DNA from: Pristiophorus japonicus
Lineage: Eukaryota
Length of the DNA stretch: 64,000 nucleotides
Assembly (NCBI RefSeq): GCF_044704955.1
Contig: NW_027252079.1
Location: 248,001 to 312,000 of the forward strand
Direction of reading: 5' to 3'
Shown: piece after piece, positions 11,395 to 23,587 of the stretch
Numbering within the stretch: the first letter of the stretch is position 1
Layout: each line of letters opens with the position of its first letter
The notes under the pieces: model-generated
The model's database searches: none
What the model was told of the DNA's origin: nothing
What the model saw: the letters and a program-made list of their open reading frames with translations, nothing else
Translations under genes and position numbers: made by a program

Positions 11395-12400
11395 TAAACT
11401 GTTTGACGTTTATGCAATGTTTAATCTCGGTGACATCTGATTGCTGCAGTTTTTCTGATCGAATGCAAACATTGTGTTTAAATGTGTTGGAAAGAACATT
11501 GTAGGCACAAAACAGAGAGCATCGCGCTCGCTATATAATCTTACGGTATTTTAAAGTTTTTTTGTGAAAATTAAACTGTCATCTACTGACCTAATATTCA
11601 CAAATGCTCAGATTCAATGCATGAAGTGTTACTGTAATTAAGAACTGAAAAGTTAACACATGTCCAGCTGGAACAGACTTAAATTAATATTACTAACATT
11701 ATTATAATGTAGTAATATCCCCATTATTATTAAAATAAGCTATAATATCAACGTTAATGTATTTAACATGATCCGTCTAATCACAATTCTGCTGTCATTA
11801 TTTTATATTTCTGTTGAGTTCAATCATTAGTTATTTCAGTGTTAGGCAGGTTCGGTGATTCTGCAATGAAACATTTTGATTCTTCTGAAAAGGTTTATAG
11901 AATTACGGGTCTGCTCCATGAAAGGTTCTGTCGAGGGATTCCGCCCCTCAGTGATGTAATTTAGTGTTGAGCTGCAGAGGAGAGTTTGCGCCTGTGTTAC
12001 TCAGAATACCTAGAATTTGTGAAACTGTTTGGCGTTTCTGCAATGTTTAATATCGGTGACAGCAGGCAGCAACAGGTTTCTGATCGAATGCAAACACGAT
12101 ATGTGTTTGAAACTGTTTGAATGCAGATTGTAGGCAGAGAACAGAAAGGTTTTAGAATCAGAAATCATTGCAAGGTATTTTAACATGCAAATTATTGAAG
12201 TGATATTTATATATTCAAATATTAATCCATGTTTACGATACTGATATTTACTGTCCCATATGTAACTAATGACCAACTACATAATTAACAAGTGTTCAGG
12301 TTGTAGTTGAATTAAATTAATATTAACCAACCGATTATAATGCGATAATATCTCCCAATAAAATCACATAGGCTATAATATTAATGTTAATTTACTTAAT
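11395..12400. repeat. Diverged tandem duplication (~370 bp) in the J-C intron
   Basis: 11396-11770 aligns by eye with 12022-12400 (aaactgtttg...gcaatgtttaat...ttctgatcgaatgcaaaca). Confidence 0.75.
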
Positions 12401-14709
12401 ATTATTCACCTTCCGAAATCCTGCTCTACACTGGGCTCCAGTAACGGGAGCGGAAACTGTTAGAGGCTGGATAAAGTTATTAATTATGCCTGCAATTATT
12501 TCACTGACAACATACTGATTCCACCGCTGTGTTCAGTTTGATTAGTGTCTTCAATCACTTGCTACCTCCTATTTACACAAATGAATAATAGAGTGTATTT
12601 AATTATAACTTAAAGCCCTATTGTAAGTTGTATTTTATCAATTGAATATATCTGCCTGGTTATGAAATTTTTACTGTGCAACCGAAATTTTTTATTGAAT
12701 CAATATTGAGTGTTGTTTGATAGCGAGAGAATTATCACTAAACTAATCGTAAACATTTTTCAACATCAAAGGCTGAGAGACAGACGTCGCTGGCAGTTAA
12801 AGAATTGTTCATGTGATTATATTTAAATTCAAGGCAGGTTCAGACTGCGCATGGCTGGGGACAGACAAATAATCCATTGAAATTCAAGCAGATTAATTTA
12901 CTTACAAAAGGTTCATCGTATTTTGAATTTAAAACCACATCCTATCTCCCAAAGCGCTGCTGTATATGGGATAGAAAGGTAGACAAAGCACAGATCATAT
13001 CTGAGAGTTATGTTTAACTCTTATTAATATTAAATTGATGAACAAAGTCGCTCCTCCATTTACTCATTCAGTTTCTGTGCCGCAGATGGATGATGAATGA
13101 ATCGTTATCCTCCAGTTTTACATTGACCATTCTGGAAACTATTTTCAAGAAGTAGCAGAATATATTTAATCATTAATTTTGGGGCATTGTGTGAATAACG
13201 GGACCGAACTACAACAGATTGTCTGTGTTATTAAATAGCGGAGGCTCTGCTACTGACTGCCAACTGCACAGATAGATTTTAATTAATAAAACCATTATTG
13301 GGGGGGTTAAGATTGAGAAGAATATTTCAGCTTGAGAGTCCAGCTTTAAATAAGCAAGCAGTTTAGAGCCCATCGGAGTTGTGATGTTGGCCGGACAGTG
13401 AACTATTTAAAATAGTCCACTCCTAAATCCATCATGTAAAATGTATCCTGTGAATAAACGCAGTTTATGCTATAGCAGAAACATGCAGAGTTTAAAAATG
13501 TGTCGGTAGAGAGCGGGACAGGAGTAGAACTGCGTGATTATTGTCAATTATTCAAATGTGATTCGATTTAAGTAAAAATAATGTAGTTTTCTGATTGTAT
13601 TTATGTATTAATATGCTGCTTAATTTTTTAATATTGATGAATTGTTATAGTAAGTTAAGTAAACCCTAATATATCACAAGTTATCAAGCAGAAAAAGGTT
13701 TTTAAATTATTAATAATTAATTGTATTAATAAGGCTGAAATTCAAGCACATTAATTTATTTTCAAAAATTCCAGGTACGTGTGCTTCTGAGGAGGAAGGG
13801 CCAGACAGGCACTCAGATTATTTTCAATAATCAGCTAACATGACCATTGACATAGAATGTAACATCAGTGCTAATTTATTTAACATAAATGATCTCTTGC
13901 AATTGCGTTGTATACTGGTCAGTATGACAGTTATTGCAAAATCTCAAGGGTTGAGGTGAATGTTTAATTAATTCCTAAATTAATTTAGAAAACAAAGTAT
14001 TTATAACTCGGCTGCGCTGAGTTCGATAAGCTGTCGCTGCAGATTTTAGTGAATTAATTTCGTGTTTTGCCTCGAATATTTTTACAGGTTATATTTAATG
14101 ATGAAAATATGTCAAATCAGTGGGTGATCAGGTTTCATGCATATATGTCTCCTGGATTGTGACATTCTTACTCTGTCACTGAGTCCCGTGAAATGGGCAG
14201 CAAATTCCCGCAGAATATGAATTCTTTCCAGATACTTGTTTTCAGGGAAATTAATTTTTATACGGTTTACAAGATTGTCGACAGAGAGGGAGAAATGGCT
14301 GGATGTTGGACAGTTTCTCAAATCAATATCAATTTAATTTCAAAGAATCTGCAGAGTTGAGGTGGTTGGAAATTGACTAGAAATAAATTAGAAATCAAAC
14401 AGCTTCATTGAAATTAACAGATTGAACTGGTCTCCCTGCCTGCAGGACCATGGTTGCACCGTGTGTGTCTGTTCTGTTTCTGTGTGCCTGCTCACTGTGT
14501 GAGAATCAGGAATCCTCCTGACTGGTTGTAAAACTTCTAGGTTGTGATCGTGTATTACGGGAAGTGTAATTTCACTCAGTTATTTAAGAAACTGGTATAT
14601 GTGAGAAACTTGAAAGATTGGCTTTAAGATTGAGGAGTCACCTCAGAAATGAGATCAGTAACCCAGACTGTGACATTCAGAAGGAGCAGTTCAGAAACAC
14701 CATGGCGAG

Positions 14710-16140
14710 ACTGTAGAAGGAGCTCTAATCAGTTTCTAACCCGGCTGTACCTGCCCTAGGAGTTTTTGATGGGACAGTGTAGAGGGAGCTTTATTCTGTA
14801 TCTAACCTGGCTGTACCTGCCCTGGGTGTGTTTGATGGGACAGTGTAGAGGGAGCTTTATTCTGTATCTAACCCGTGCTGTACCTGCCCTGGGATTGTTT
14901 GATGGGAAAGTGTAGAGGGAGCTTTACTCTGTATCTGACCCAAGCTGTATGTGCCCTGGGAGTGTTTGATGGGACAATATAGTGGGAGCTTTCCTCTGTA
15001 TCTGACCCATCCTGTAGCTGCCCTGGGTGGATTGATGGCACAGTGTCGAAATAATTTTACTCGGTATCTAAAACTTGCTATATTTGACCCGGAGCGTCTG
15101 ATAGGGTAGTGTAGTTTAATGCGAATTCAACCTTTGCTATACATGACCTTACAGCGCCAGACAGAGCAGTGAAGAGGGAGATTTACTCTATCGTACCTAT
15201 CTTGTAACTGATTTGGGTATTTTTCCAACAATATTGAAGGAACCCCAATCTGTATCTAAATAATAAGATATGGAATGAATAATGTTTAAACATTGAGTGT
15301 CAGATAATTATTGAATGAGATTGGGCTGATCCTAAGCATACTTTCAGAACAAACAGTTTCAGGAAAGCTGCACCTCTTCTAATCTGATGGGTTCTTCAAG
15401 TTATTTTAATATTTTTAATGGACAGTGTGATGCATTACTCTGTATCTAACCCGTGCTCTACCTGCCCTATGATTGTTTGATGGCACAATGTAGACGGAGC
15501 TTTACTCTTTATCCAACCCATGCTGTACCTGCCCTGAGTGTGTTTAATCTGTATTGTAGAGGGAAATTTACTTTTTATCTAACGCATGCCGTACCTGTCC
15601 CGAGAGTGTTTGATGGGACAGTGTAGCGAGGGTTGTGCTCTGTATCTAACCCACGTTGTACCTGCCCTTGGAGTGTTTGATGGGAGAGTGTAGAGGAAGC
15701 TTTACTCTGTATCTAACCCGTGATGTACCTGCCCTGCAACTGTTCGATGGGACACTGAAGAGGGAGCTTTACTCAGTATTTAGCAGCTTATTGACAAGGA
15801 CATGGAGTTTAATTCGGGCCTTCAATATAGACTAATCTTCTATTTAATAGGTGAGCTGGGACGCTTTAATGGGACAGTGTATGGGAGCTTTTCTTTGCTT
15901 ATAATTGTGCTTAATCTAACCGGTCAATTTGATAACGCATATTATGGGGAAGACAGTTTGTAGTACATCCCTGTCGTACTCGAGCTGGGAATGTTTGAGC
16001 GGACAGTATGGAAAACGTATTACTCTGTTCAACCCCTGCTATACCTGTCCAGGCCCACACTGCAGCTTTGCTCTATCTTATCCGTGCTGTATCTGACCTG
16101 AGAGCACTTGGTCAGGTAGTGTTAAAGGAATCTTGAACAG
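14710..16140 (+). repeat. ~66-bp dispersed satellite-like repeat array in the J-C intron
   Basis: ctgtatctaacccgtgctgtacctgccctgggagtgtttgatgggacagtgtagagggagcttta unit; also at 32.1, 36.2, 48.5, 59.4 and 60.6 kb. Confidence 0.85.
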
Positions 16141-16839
16141 CGTATCTGCGTCTAACAGGTAAGCTGCGAGTGCTCGATCCAGATATATGCAATAAATCTT
16201 TCCATTGCCCAGATTAAACAACGCACATTCATTGTGCATTTTTTTTCAGAAAGAATATAAATATCAATGTTTAATGTTAGTAATGTTTGAACATTTTGAG
16301 CATCAGATTATTACTGAACGTGATTGGCCTGATCCTCAGCTCACTTTCAGAACAAACAGTTTCAGGAAGTGAATAACGCTCCAGAAAGCAGCGCCTGTTC
16401 TGAGGAGGCTGCAAGTTATTTTCACAATTTAAATGGAGAATGTCGAGCTCCCCGCTCCAAATAACCGTCATGGAGACCTCATGTTTAAAACCATTAATTT
16501 GTCCCGTTCTTTCTGAGAAAGGTTAAAGGCAAACTCGGATGAGATGCAGTTATTGGCCTGGGTCACACATAAGGCACACAGTCTCTGAGCTGAAATTCTG
16601 TGAAACATTTAAAGAGATAGAGTCAACCTGCAATGAGTCGCCATTCAAAATTTGCGTTAAGCCTTGATAACAGCATCCAATTGAATAATTTGCGTCAGAT
16701 TGCTAAGATCCCTTTACTTTAAATATCCCCTTTCATTATAACAAACTATAAAAATTGATCTAGTAGAGGTGTCCAAAATATGAAGCGTTTCCTTCCACTA
16801 AATCTAGAAGAACTGTTTCCAATGACTCGTGTAGAATGA

Positions 16840-17730
16840 TAGCATCTCACAGCACTGAAAGAGGCCATTCGACCATTGTGCCTGTGCCGGCTTTGAAAGA
16901 GCTGTCTAATTTAGTCCAACACCCCAGGGTTTTCCTTGTAAACGTGCAAATGAGTCCTCCTGAAGTACATGACGAGCCGCCTGATGCATTCCTGAAATTA
17001 GCAACCTCTGTAAGAAAAAATTACCCCAATTTCCTCTGAACTTTTGCCAAATATTTTAAATCTGTGACCTTTTGTCACCGGCCTACTTTCCAGCGGAAAC
17101 AGTTTCTCACTACTTGCTCTATCAACATCTATCACCATGTTGAATATCTCACTTAGGTCTCCTCTTAAACTCTGCTCTAAGGACAACATCCCAGCTTCTC
17201 CAATCTCTCCACATAAGTGAAGACCCCATCCCTGGCATCATCCTGGTAAAAGCTGCCTCTGTGCACTCTCCAAGGGCATGACATCCTTACGACATTGTGG
17301 TGCCAGAATTGTACACGATACTCCAGCCGAGGCCTAACCTGTGATGTGTAAAGGGTTGGCATAACCGCGTTGTTTTTGTATTTTGTCCCTATTTACAATG
17401 TCAAGTATCCCATATGCTTCCATACCAGCCTTACCAGCTTGCCCTGTCACCTTCAAAGATTTATGAATATGTACATCCAGATCTCTCTGTTCTTGCATCC
17501 CCTCAAAACAGTACTACTTAGATTATACTGCCTCCCCATGTTCCACCCAAAGCTTCCCAATTATCCGCTTTAAATTGCACCTGCCATGTCCCGGAGCATT
17601 TCACTGGTTTGTCTAGCTCCTCGAAGTACGCTGCTATCATGCTCACCATTGGCTACGTTGCCAGGTTTTCCATCATCTTCGAAGTTCGAAATTGTTCTCC
17701 TTATACCCGAGTCCAGGTCATTTTTATATA
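16840..17730 (-). mobile_element. Decayed CR1 LINE fragment
   Basis: VRPRLEYRVQFW and LRGDLSEIF remnants. Confidence 0.75.
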
Positions 17731-18501
17731 ACAAGAAAAACAATGGGAAATGAAATAGGCCATTTCAGGAGAAACTTCCAATTAACCGGATTTTGGAATG
17801 GTATTTAATTTGGATTATTAATTGAGTGGGAGGGAGGAGGAAACTCAAGAGACATCCATTAAATAGGATGGGATAGAACCCAGATCACAGTGTGCTGAAG
17901 GACTTCACTCTCCCTCAAATGCTGAAAAGGAAAGGGAGAGATTCGACTCAATCTCCATTCATCTACAGGTTCAATCTTAGAAACGAGACTGTGGAAATGC
18001 TCCTGTTGAATTCTGTGGTAGTCAAGTTTTGATGGTTTTTTGCTAATTCCATAAGCAGGAATTCCGGTGTTACTTTTGAAGTGCAGTCACTGTTATTTTG
18101 CAGGGATACGCCGCAGTCAATGTGCACAGAGCAAATTTCGCTAAACTGCAATTAAATAAAGGACCAGAAGTGATGCTGATTGAGAAATAAATGCTGACCG
18201 AAATAGCAGGAACACGTCTCTGCTCTTGTATTGTATGATCCAATGAAGGATTCCTTATTGACGAGATGTGTAAACGTTCTTGTTTTGTAATGTAATAGAG
18301 CTCGGGAATAGAGATGTGTGTTCCTGATCAGGGCATCGACAGGAACTTATGATGGAACTGACAGAAGCGCAAATGCCCGTGTAGTATTTGATGGGAAAAT
18401 GGTGGAATTAGTTTATTCTGCAATCAAATTTCGAGTTGTTTAGTTTTTTTATAAGCACGGATTACAGAGTCTAACTTGTTAAATGGGCCATTCTTTCCCA
18501 G

Positions 18502-18801
18502 TAACACCTTCTCCCCCCACCCTCTACGCCCTGCTCGCCTCCTGTGAACAACCCAGCACGGATGCCTCGGTCACGTACGGCTGTTTGGCGATGGACTACT
18601 CTCCAGAAATCACAAGCCTTTCCTGGAAGAAAGATAAAGAGCTGATCACCTCTGGATTGAAGACCTATCTGTCAGTGCTCAACAAGAAGGGAACCTACAC
18701 CCTGAGCAGCCTGTTAACCATCACCGAGTCAGAGGTGGGGAGCAGCACAATCTACTGCGAGGTTCGACGTGGCGGGTCCGTCTGGAACATCACAATGTCA
18801 G
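18502..18801 (+). CDS. IGHM: IgM C-mu1 exon
   Basis: ttcccag acceptor; [16 protein letters not shown]...YGCLAMDY...SW...YCEVRRG; 300 bp, phase-1 donor GTTAGT; matches shark C-mu1. Confidence 0.95.
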
Positions 18802-18867
18802 GTTAGTGGTGTGGGATACAGGGCAAACTGTGATAATGTAAGAAGGTATGTTCAACTTGTATAGAAA

Positions 18868-19255
18868 CGTGGTTAGATCACACTTAGAGTACCTAGTACA
18901 GTTCTGGTCTCCATATCACACTTAGAATACTGTGCACAGTTCAGCTCTCCATATCACACTTAGAATATTGTTTACAGTTCAGGTCTCCATATGATATTTA
19001 GAGTACTGTGTACAGTTCAGGTCTCCATATCACACTTAGAATATTGTTTTCAGTTCAGGTCTCCATATGATATTTAGAGTACTGTGTACAGTTCAGGTCT
19101 CCATATCACACTTAGAATATTGTTTTCAGTTCTGGTCTCCATATCATACTTAGAATACTGTGTACAATTCTGGTCTCCATATCATACTTAGAATACTGTG
19201 TACAGTTCAGGTTTCCATATCTTACTTAGAATACTGTGCACAGTTCTGGTCTCTG
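18868..19255 (+). repeat. 39-bp minisatellite derived from CR1 ORF2 sequence
   Basis: About 10 copies of atcacacttagaatactgtgcacagttctggtctccat (HLEYCVQFWSP segment). Confidence 0.85.
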
Positions 19256-19371
19256 TAAATGCCAGGTTAGTGTTAGTCAGACAGTAAATAACCTATTAAA
19301 ATATAAGGACACTTTGCATTTTGCAATCATTTATTTTGCAAGCAATGTAAATAAAATGTCTTCTCTTGAAG

Positions 19372-19689
19372 ATCCTGAACGGGCTACCGTTCCTCCAACT
19401 GTTCTCCTCACGCTGAGTTCCACTGAACAAATCACCAGCAGCAGATATGCAAGCGTAGTGTGTTCAATCATCGATTTCCGGCCAAAGTCAGTGACTGTGA
19501 ATTGGCTGAAGAGTGGACAACTCATGGATTCGGGCTTCGTCACCTCTCCCGTCTTTGAGGTGAACGGGAACTTCTCGGCGGCCAGTCGGCTGACAGTCCC
19601 CGCCGGGGAATGGTTCAGCGGCTTGATCTACACCTGCCAGGTCACTCATGAAGGGCTCACACAAAGCCGTAACTTCACCAGATCTCAGG
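19372..19689 (+). CDS. IGHM: IgM C-mu2 exon
   Basis: cttgaag acceptor; [11 protein letters not shown]...VVCSIIDF...VNW...YTCQVTH...RSQ; 318 bp; donor GTAAGA. Confidence 0.93.
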
Positions 19690-19829
19690 GTAAGAGGCAA
19701 AATGCCGGGATGTTCCAGATCATTCTGAGCGCTGATCTCAGTCAGGACTTTTACTAGAATTAGTAAAAAGCACAGAACTATTCCTAATTTCTAATCATGC
19801 AGTTTGTGTATTCTTGCGATACAAACTTG

Positions 19830-20250
19830 CCTTTCGACAATGCCTTTAGCGATCTCATATTGAACCAAAGCACTTGCCAGCCAATGAATTAGGTTGTGGA
19901 ATGTGGTCACAGTTGTAATGTACAAAGTGCTGTAGTCAATTAGTGCACAGCAAGCTCCCACAAACAACAGTGTGATAATGACCATATTTTTTTTTGTTTA
20001 GTGATGTTTTTTGAGATATATATATTCCCAGACCACCAGGGAGAACTCCTCTGCTTTTCATTAAAATAGTGCCAGGAGATCGTTTACGTCTACCTCAGAG
20101 GCCAGACGGGTCCTCGGTTTAAGACCTGATCCGAAAGCCGGCACCTCCGATAGTGCACCACGCCCCCAGTACTGCACTGGAAGACTCAGCTTAAATGTTG
20201 TGATCGAGTATCTGGAGCGGGACTTCAACCCACGATCTTCTGGTTCAGGA
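19830..20250 (-). mobile_element. SINE (Deu-SINE-like)
   Basis: ggcacctccgatagtgca and gggacttcaacccac blocks shared with 4222-4450. Confidence 0.45.
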
Positions 20251-20432
20251 TTCCTCATTGTTCAATATTTAATAACCTCGCCAAAGAAGGTGTCCCCTGG
20301 CTCTGATTTCAGGCAGTGAGTGAAGTGTCCTTAGTCTCAGGTTTATCCTGAGTTGGCTGATCATATACGGAGTGGCAGTAGGAGTCTGGAACCCGTTACT
20401 GCGAACTGTCCAGGAACCCACTGCTAGAATGG

Positions 20433-21357
20433 GGATGACACTAAGTTGGGTGGCAGTGTGAGCTGCGAGGAGGATGCTGTGAGGCTGCAGAGCGACTTGG
20501 ATAGGTTAGGTGAGTGGGCAAATGCATGGCAGATGAAGTATAATGTGGATAAATGTGAGGTTATCCACTTTGGTGGTAAAAACAGAGAGACAGACTATTA
20601 TCTGAATGGTGACAGATTAGGAAAAGGGGAGGTGCAAAGAGACCTGGGTGTCATGGTACATCAGTCATTGAAGGTTGGCATGCAGGTGCAGCAGGCGGTT
20701 AAGAAAGCAAATGGCATGTTGGCCTTCATAGCAAGGGGATTTGAGTACAGGGGCAGGGAGGTGTTGCTACAGTTGTACAGGGCATTGGTGAGGCCACACC
20801 TGGAGTATTGTGTACAGTTTTGGTCTCCTAACCTGAGGAAGGACATTCTTGCTATTGAGGGAGTGCAGCGAAGGTTCACCAGACTGATTCCCGGGATGGC
20901 GGGACTGACCTATCAAGAAAGACTGGATCAACTGGGCTTGTATTCACCGGAGTTCAGAAGAATGAGAGGGGACCTCATAGAAACATTTAAAATTCTGACG
21001 GGGTTAGACAGGTTAGATGCAGGAAGAATGTTCCCAATGTTAGGGAAGTCCAGAACCAGAGGTCACAGTCTAAGGATAAGGGGTAAGCCATTTAGGACCG
21101 AGATGCGGAGGAACTTCTTCACCCAGAGAGTGGTGAACCTGTGGAATTCTCTACCACAGAAAGTTGTTGAGGCCAATTCACTAAATATATTCAAAAGGGA
21201 GTTAGATGAGGTCCTTACTACTAGGGGGATCAAGGGGTATGGCGAGAAAGCAGGAATGGGGTACTGAAGTTGAATGTTCAGCCATGAACTCATTGAATGG
21301 CGGTGCAGGCTAGAAGGGCCGAATGGCCTACTCCTGCACCTATTTTCTATGTTTCTA
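20433..21357 (+). mobile_element. Young 5'-truncated CR1 LINE with open ORF2 C-terminus
   Basis: 273-aa uninterrupted ORF (LQSDLDRL...RPHLEYCVQFWSP...RRNFFTQRVVNLWNSLP); tail tttctatgtttctat. Confidence 0.92.
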
Positions 21358-21364
21358 TCTACCC

Positions 21365-21880
21365 TATTCAGAGCACTGAGCCAAATTCTGGGCTCCGCAC
21401 CTCAGGAAGGATATACTGGCCGTGGAGGCGGTAAAGTGCAGGTTTACCCGAATGATACCGGGGCTAATAAAGTAAAATGATGAGAAGACGAGTATGGAAC
21501 ATTAAGGGGTGATCCAAGTAAGGTGTTTAAGTTGATAAATATAATTGGTCGAGTAGATATAGAAAAATTGTTTCCTTTGGTGGGAGAGTCCAGAACAAAT
21601 AGCATAACCTTAAAATTAGAGCTAGGCTGTGCAGAGGTGATGTCAGGAAGGATTTATTCACAGAACGAATAGAGCAAGTCTGGCTTTCCCTCCGCAAAAG
21701 CTGCTGACCCTGGGTTTCAATTGAAAATTTGAAAACTGAGATTGATAGATTTTTGTTGTGCAAGATTAGGATGGGTTACAGAACCAAGGCGGGAAGATGG
21801 TGTTGAGTGTACATCAGCCATCATCTAACTGGATGGTGGGTTAGGATGGATGGGCTGAATGGCCCCCTCCTGTTCCTATG
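21365..21880 (+). mobile_element. Old CR1 3' fragment
   Basis: Degenerate ORF2 end and tail (cagccatcatctaact...ttcctatg). Confidence 0.65.
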
Positions 21881-22000
21881 ATGCTATTAATGCCCTACGG
21901 TCATATTTCATTCTGACTCTCTCTCACCAGACATGAGAAATGCTCACTAATGACAGAAATTAACAAACTATCTCACACCATTACAAATGATTCCCCACCA

Positions 22001-22698
22001 CATTGAAAGTTGGCATGCAGGTACAGCAGGGGGTGAAGTAGGCAAATGACATGTTGGCCTTCTTAGCTAGGAGATTTGAGTATAGGAGCAGGGAGGTCTC
22101 ACTGCAATTGTAAAGGGCATTGGTGAGGCCTTACCTGGAATATTGTGTTCAGTTCTGGTCTCCTAATCTGAGGAAGGACGTTCTTGCTATTGAGGGAGTG
22201 CAGCAAAGGTTCACCAGACTGATTCCAGGGATGACTGGACTGACATATGAGGAGAGACTGGATCAACTGGGCCTTTATACACTGGAGTTTAGAAGGATGA
22301 GAGGGGATCTCATATAAACAAATACGATTCTGACGGGACGGGACAGGTTAGATGCAGGAAGAATGTTCCCGATGTTGGGGAAGTCCAGAACCAGGGCACA
22401 AAGTCTTAGGATAAGGGGTAGGCCATTTAGGACTGAGATGAGGAGAAACTTCTTCACTCAGAGAGTTGTTAATCTGTGGAATTCCCTGCCGCAGAGAGTC
22501 GTTGATGCCAGTTCATTGGATATATTCAACAGGGAATTAGATATGACCCTTAAGGCTAAAGGGATCAAGGGGTATGAAGAGAAAGCGGGAAAGGGGTACT
22601 GAGGTGAATGATCAGCCATGATCATATTGAATGATGGTGCAGACTCGAAGGCCGAATGGCCTACCCCTGCACCTATTTTCTATGTTTCTATGTTTCTA
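22001..22698 (+). mobile_element. CR1 LINE 3' fragment, same family as 20433-21357
   Basis: VRPYLEYCVQFWSP...; (tttctatg)n tail. Confidence 0.9.
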
Positions 22699-23278
22699 CA
22701 GAAGGCCCCTTGGAACTTCATTACCCATCTTCTCCTCTGACGGGGGCTGCGACTGGTTCCTGCACATTTTCACTGCAACAAAAATCGCAGCAAGAGACAA
22801 GAAAATTAACTTTGTTTCCTGTTACCCCATAAGTCCTGAAGTTAATTTGACACTGGTTTTGAACCTGTAATGTTGGGGAAGAGCTCCTGAACTTCGGGCT
22901 ATTCCGTCTTCAGCTATTATAACCAGCGGAGATGCGTTTGGGTGCAATGATCTATGGACGGGTGTAATTGAGCACAGGATTTCAGGAAGAGCGCTATTCA
23001 GTGCCTAACACAATTGCGTCCCAATGTATTCCCATTTTACGACGGGTATTTGTTTCACAGCCCATTACAGGTGGCTCTGGCTGCAAATGCACAGGAAATG
23101 TTAAAGTTCTCCCGGAATCGTTGCCAATTTATTTCCTTCCAATAACGACGGTGTTTAAGCAACAGCGAGAGGTTGATACCTCAAAAGTGGTTTATTCCCC
23201 TTTAAAGAGTTAAGGCTAAATATTTATGCCCTGATTCTGAAGATGCAGCTTTTGCTGACTTTTATTCCTGTTTCGCAG

Positions 23279-23587
23279 TAGGTCTCCCATGCAGCAATTC
23301 AAAAATCACTCTTCGCCCACCGTCACTGGAACAGGTCTTACTGGAGGCGACGGTGACCTTAACCTGCGTCGTGTCTGACGCTCCTTATGGGCTCACCGTG
23401 TCCTGGACCCGAGAAAAGGAGGCTTTGAAATCAGAGATTGCCGTCCAACCCGGAGAGGATCCCAACAGCGTGATCAGCAACTTAAACATCTCGACAAAAG
23501 ACTGGCTGAGTGGGGATAGATTCTACTGCGTGGTGAGCCATCAGGATATGCCGACTCCTATCAGAGATTCCATCCACAAGGAAAAGG
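23279..23587 (+). CDS. IGHM: IgM C-mu3 exon
   Basis: tttcgcag acceptor; [30 protein letters not shown]...SW...[13 protein letters not shown]; 309 bp; donor GTGAGC. Confidence 0.94.

Noticed and set aside
11135-18501. Residual RSS or extra D/J segments (CACTGTG ~14493, CACAGTG ~17886)
   Set aside because: No nonamer seen at 12- or 22/23-bp spacing and no WGxG J motif nearby
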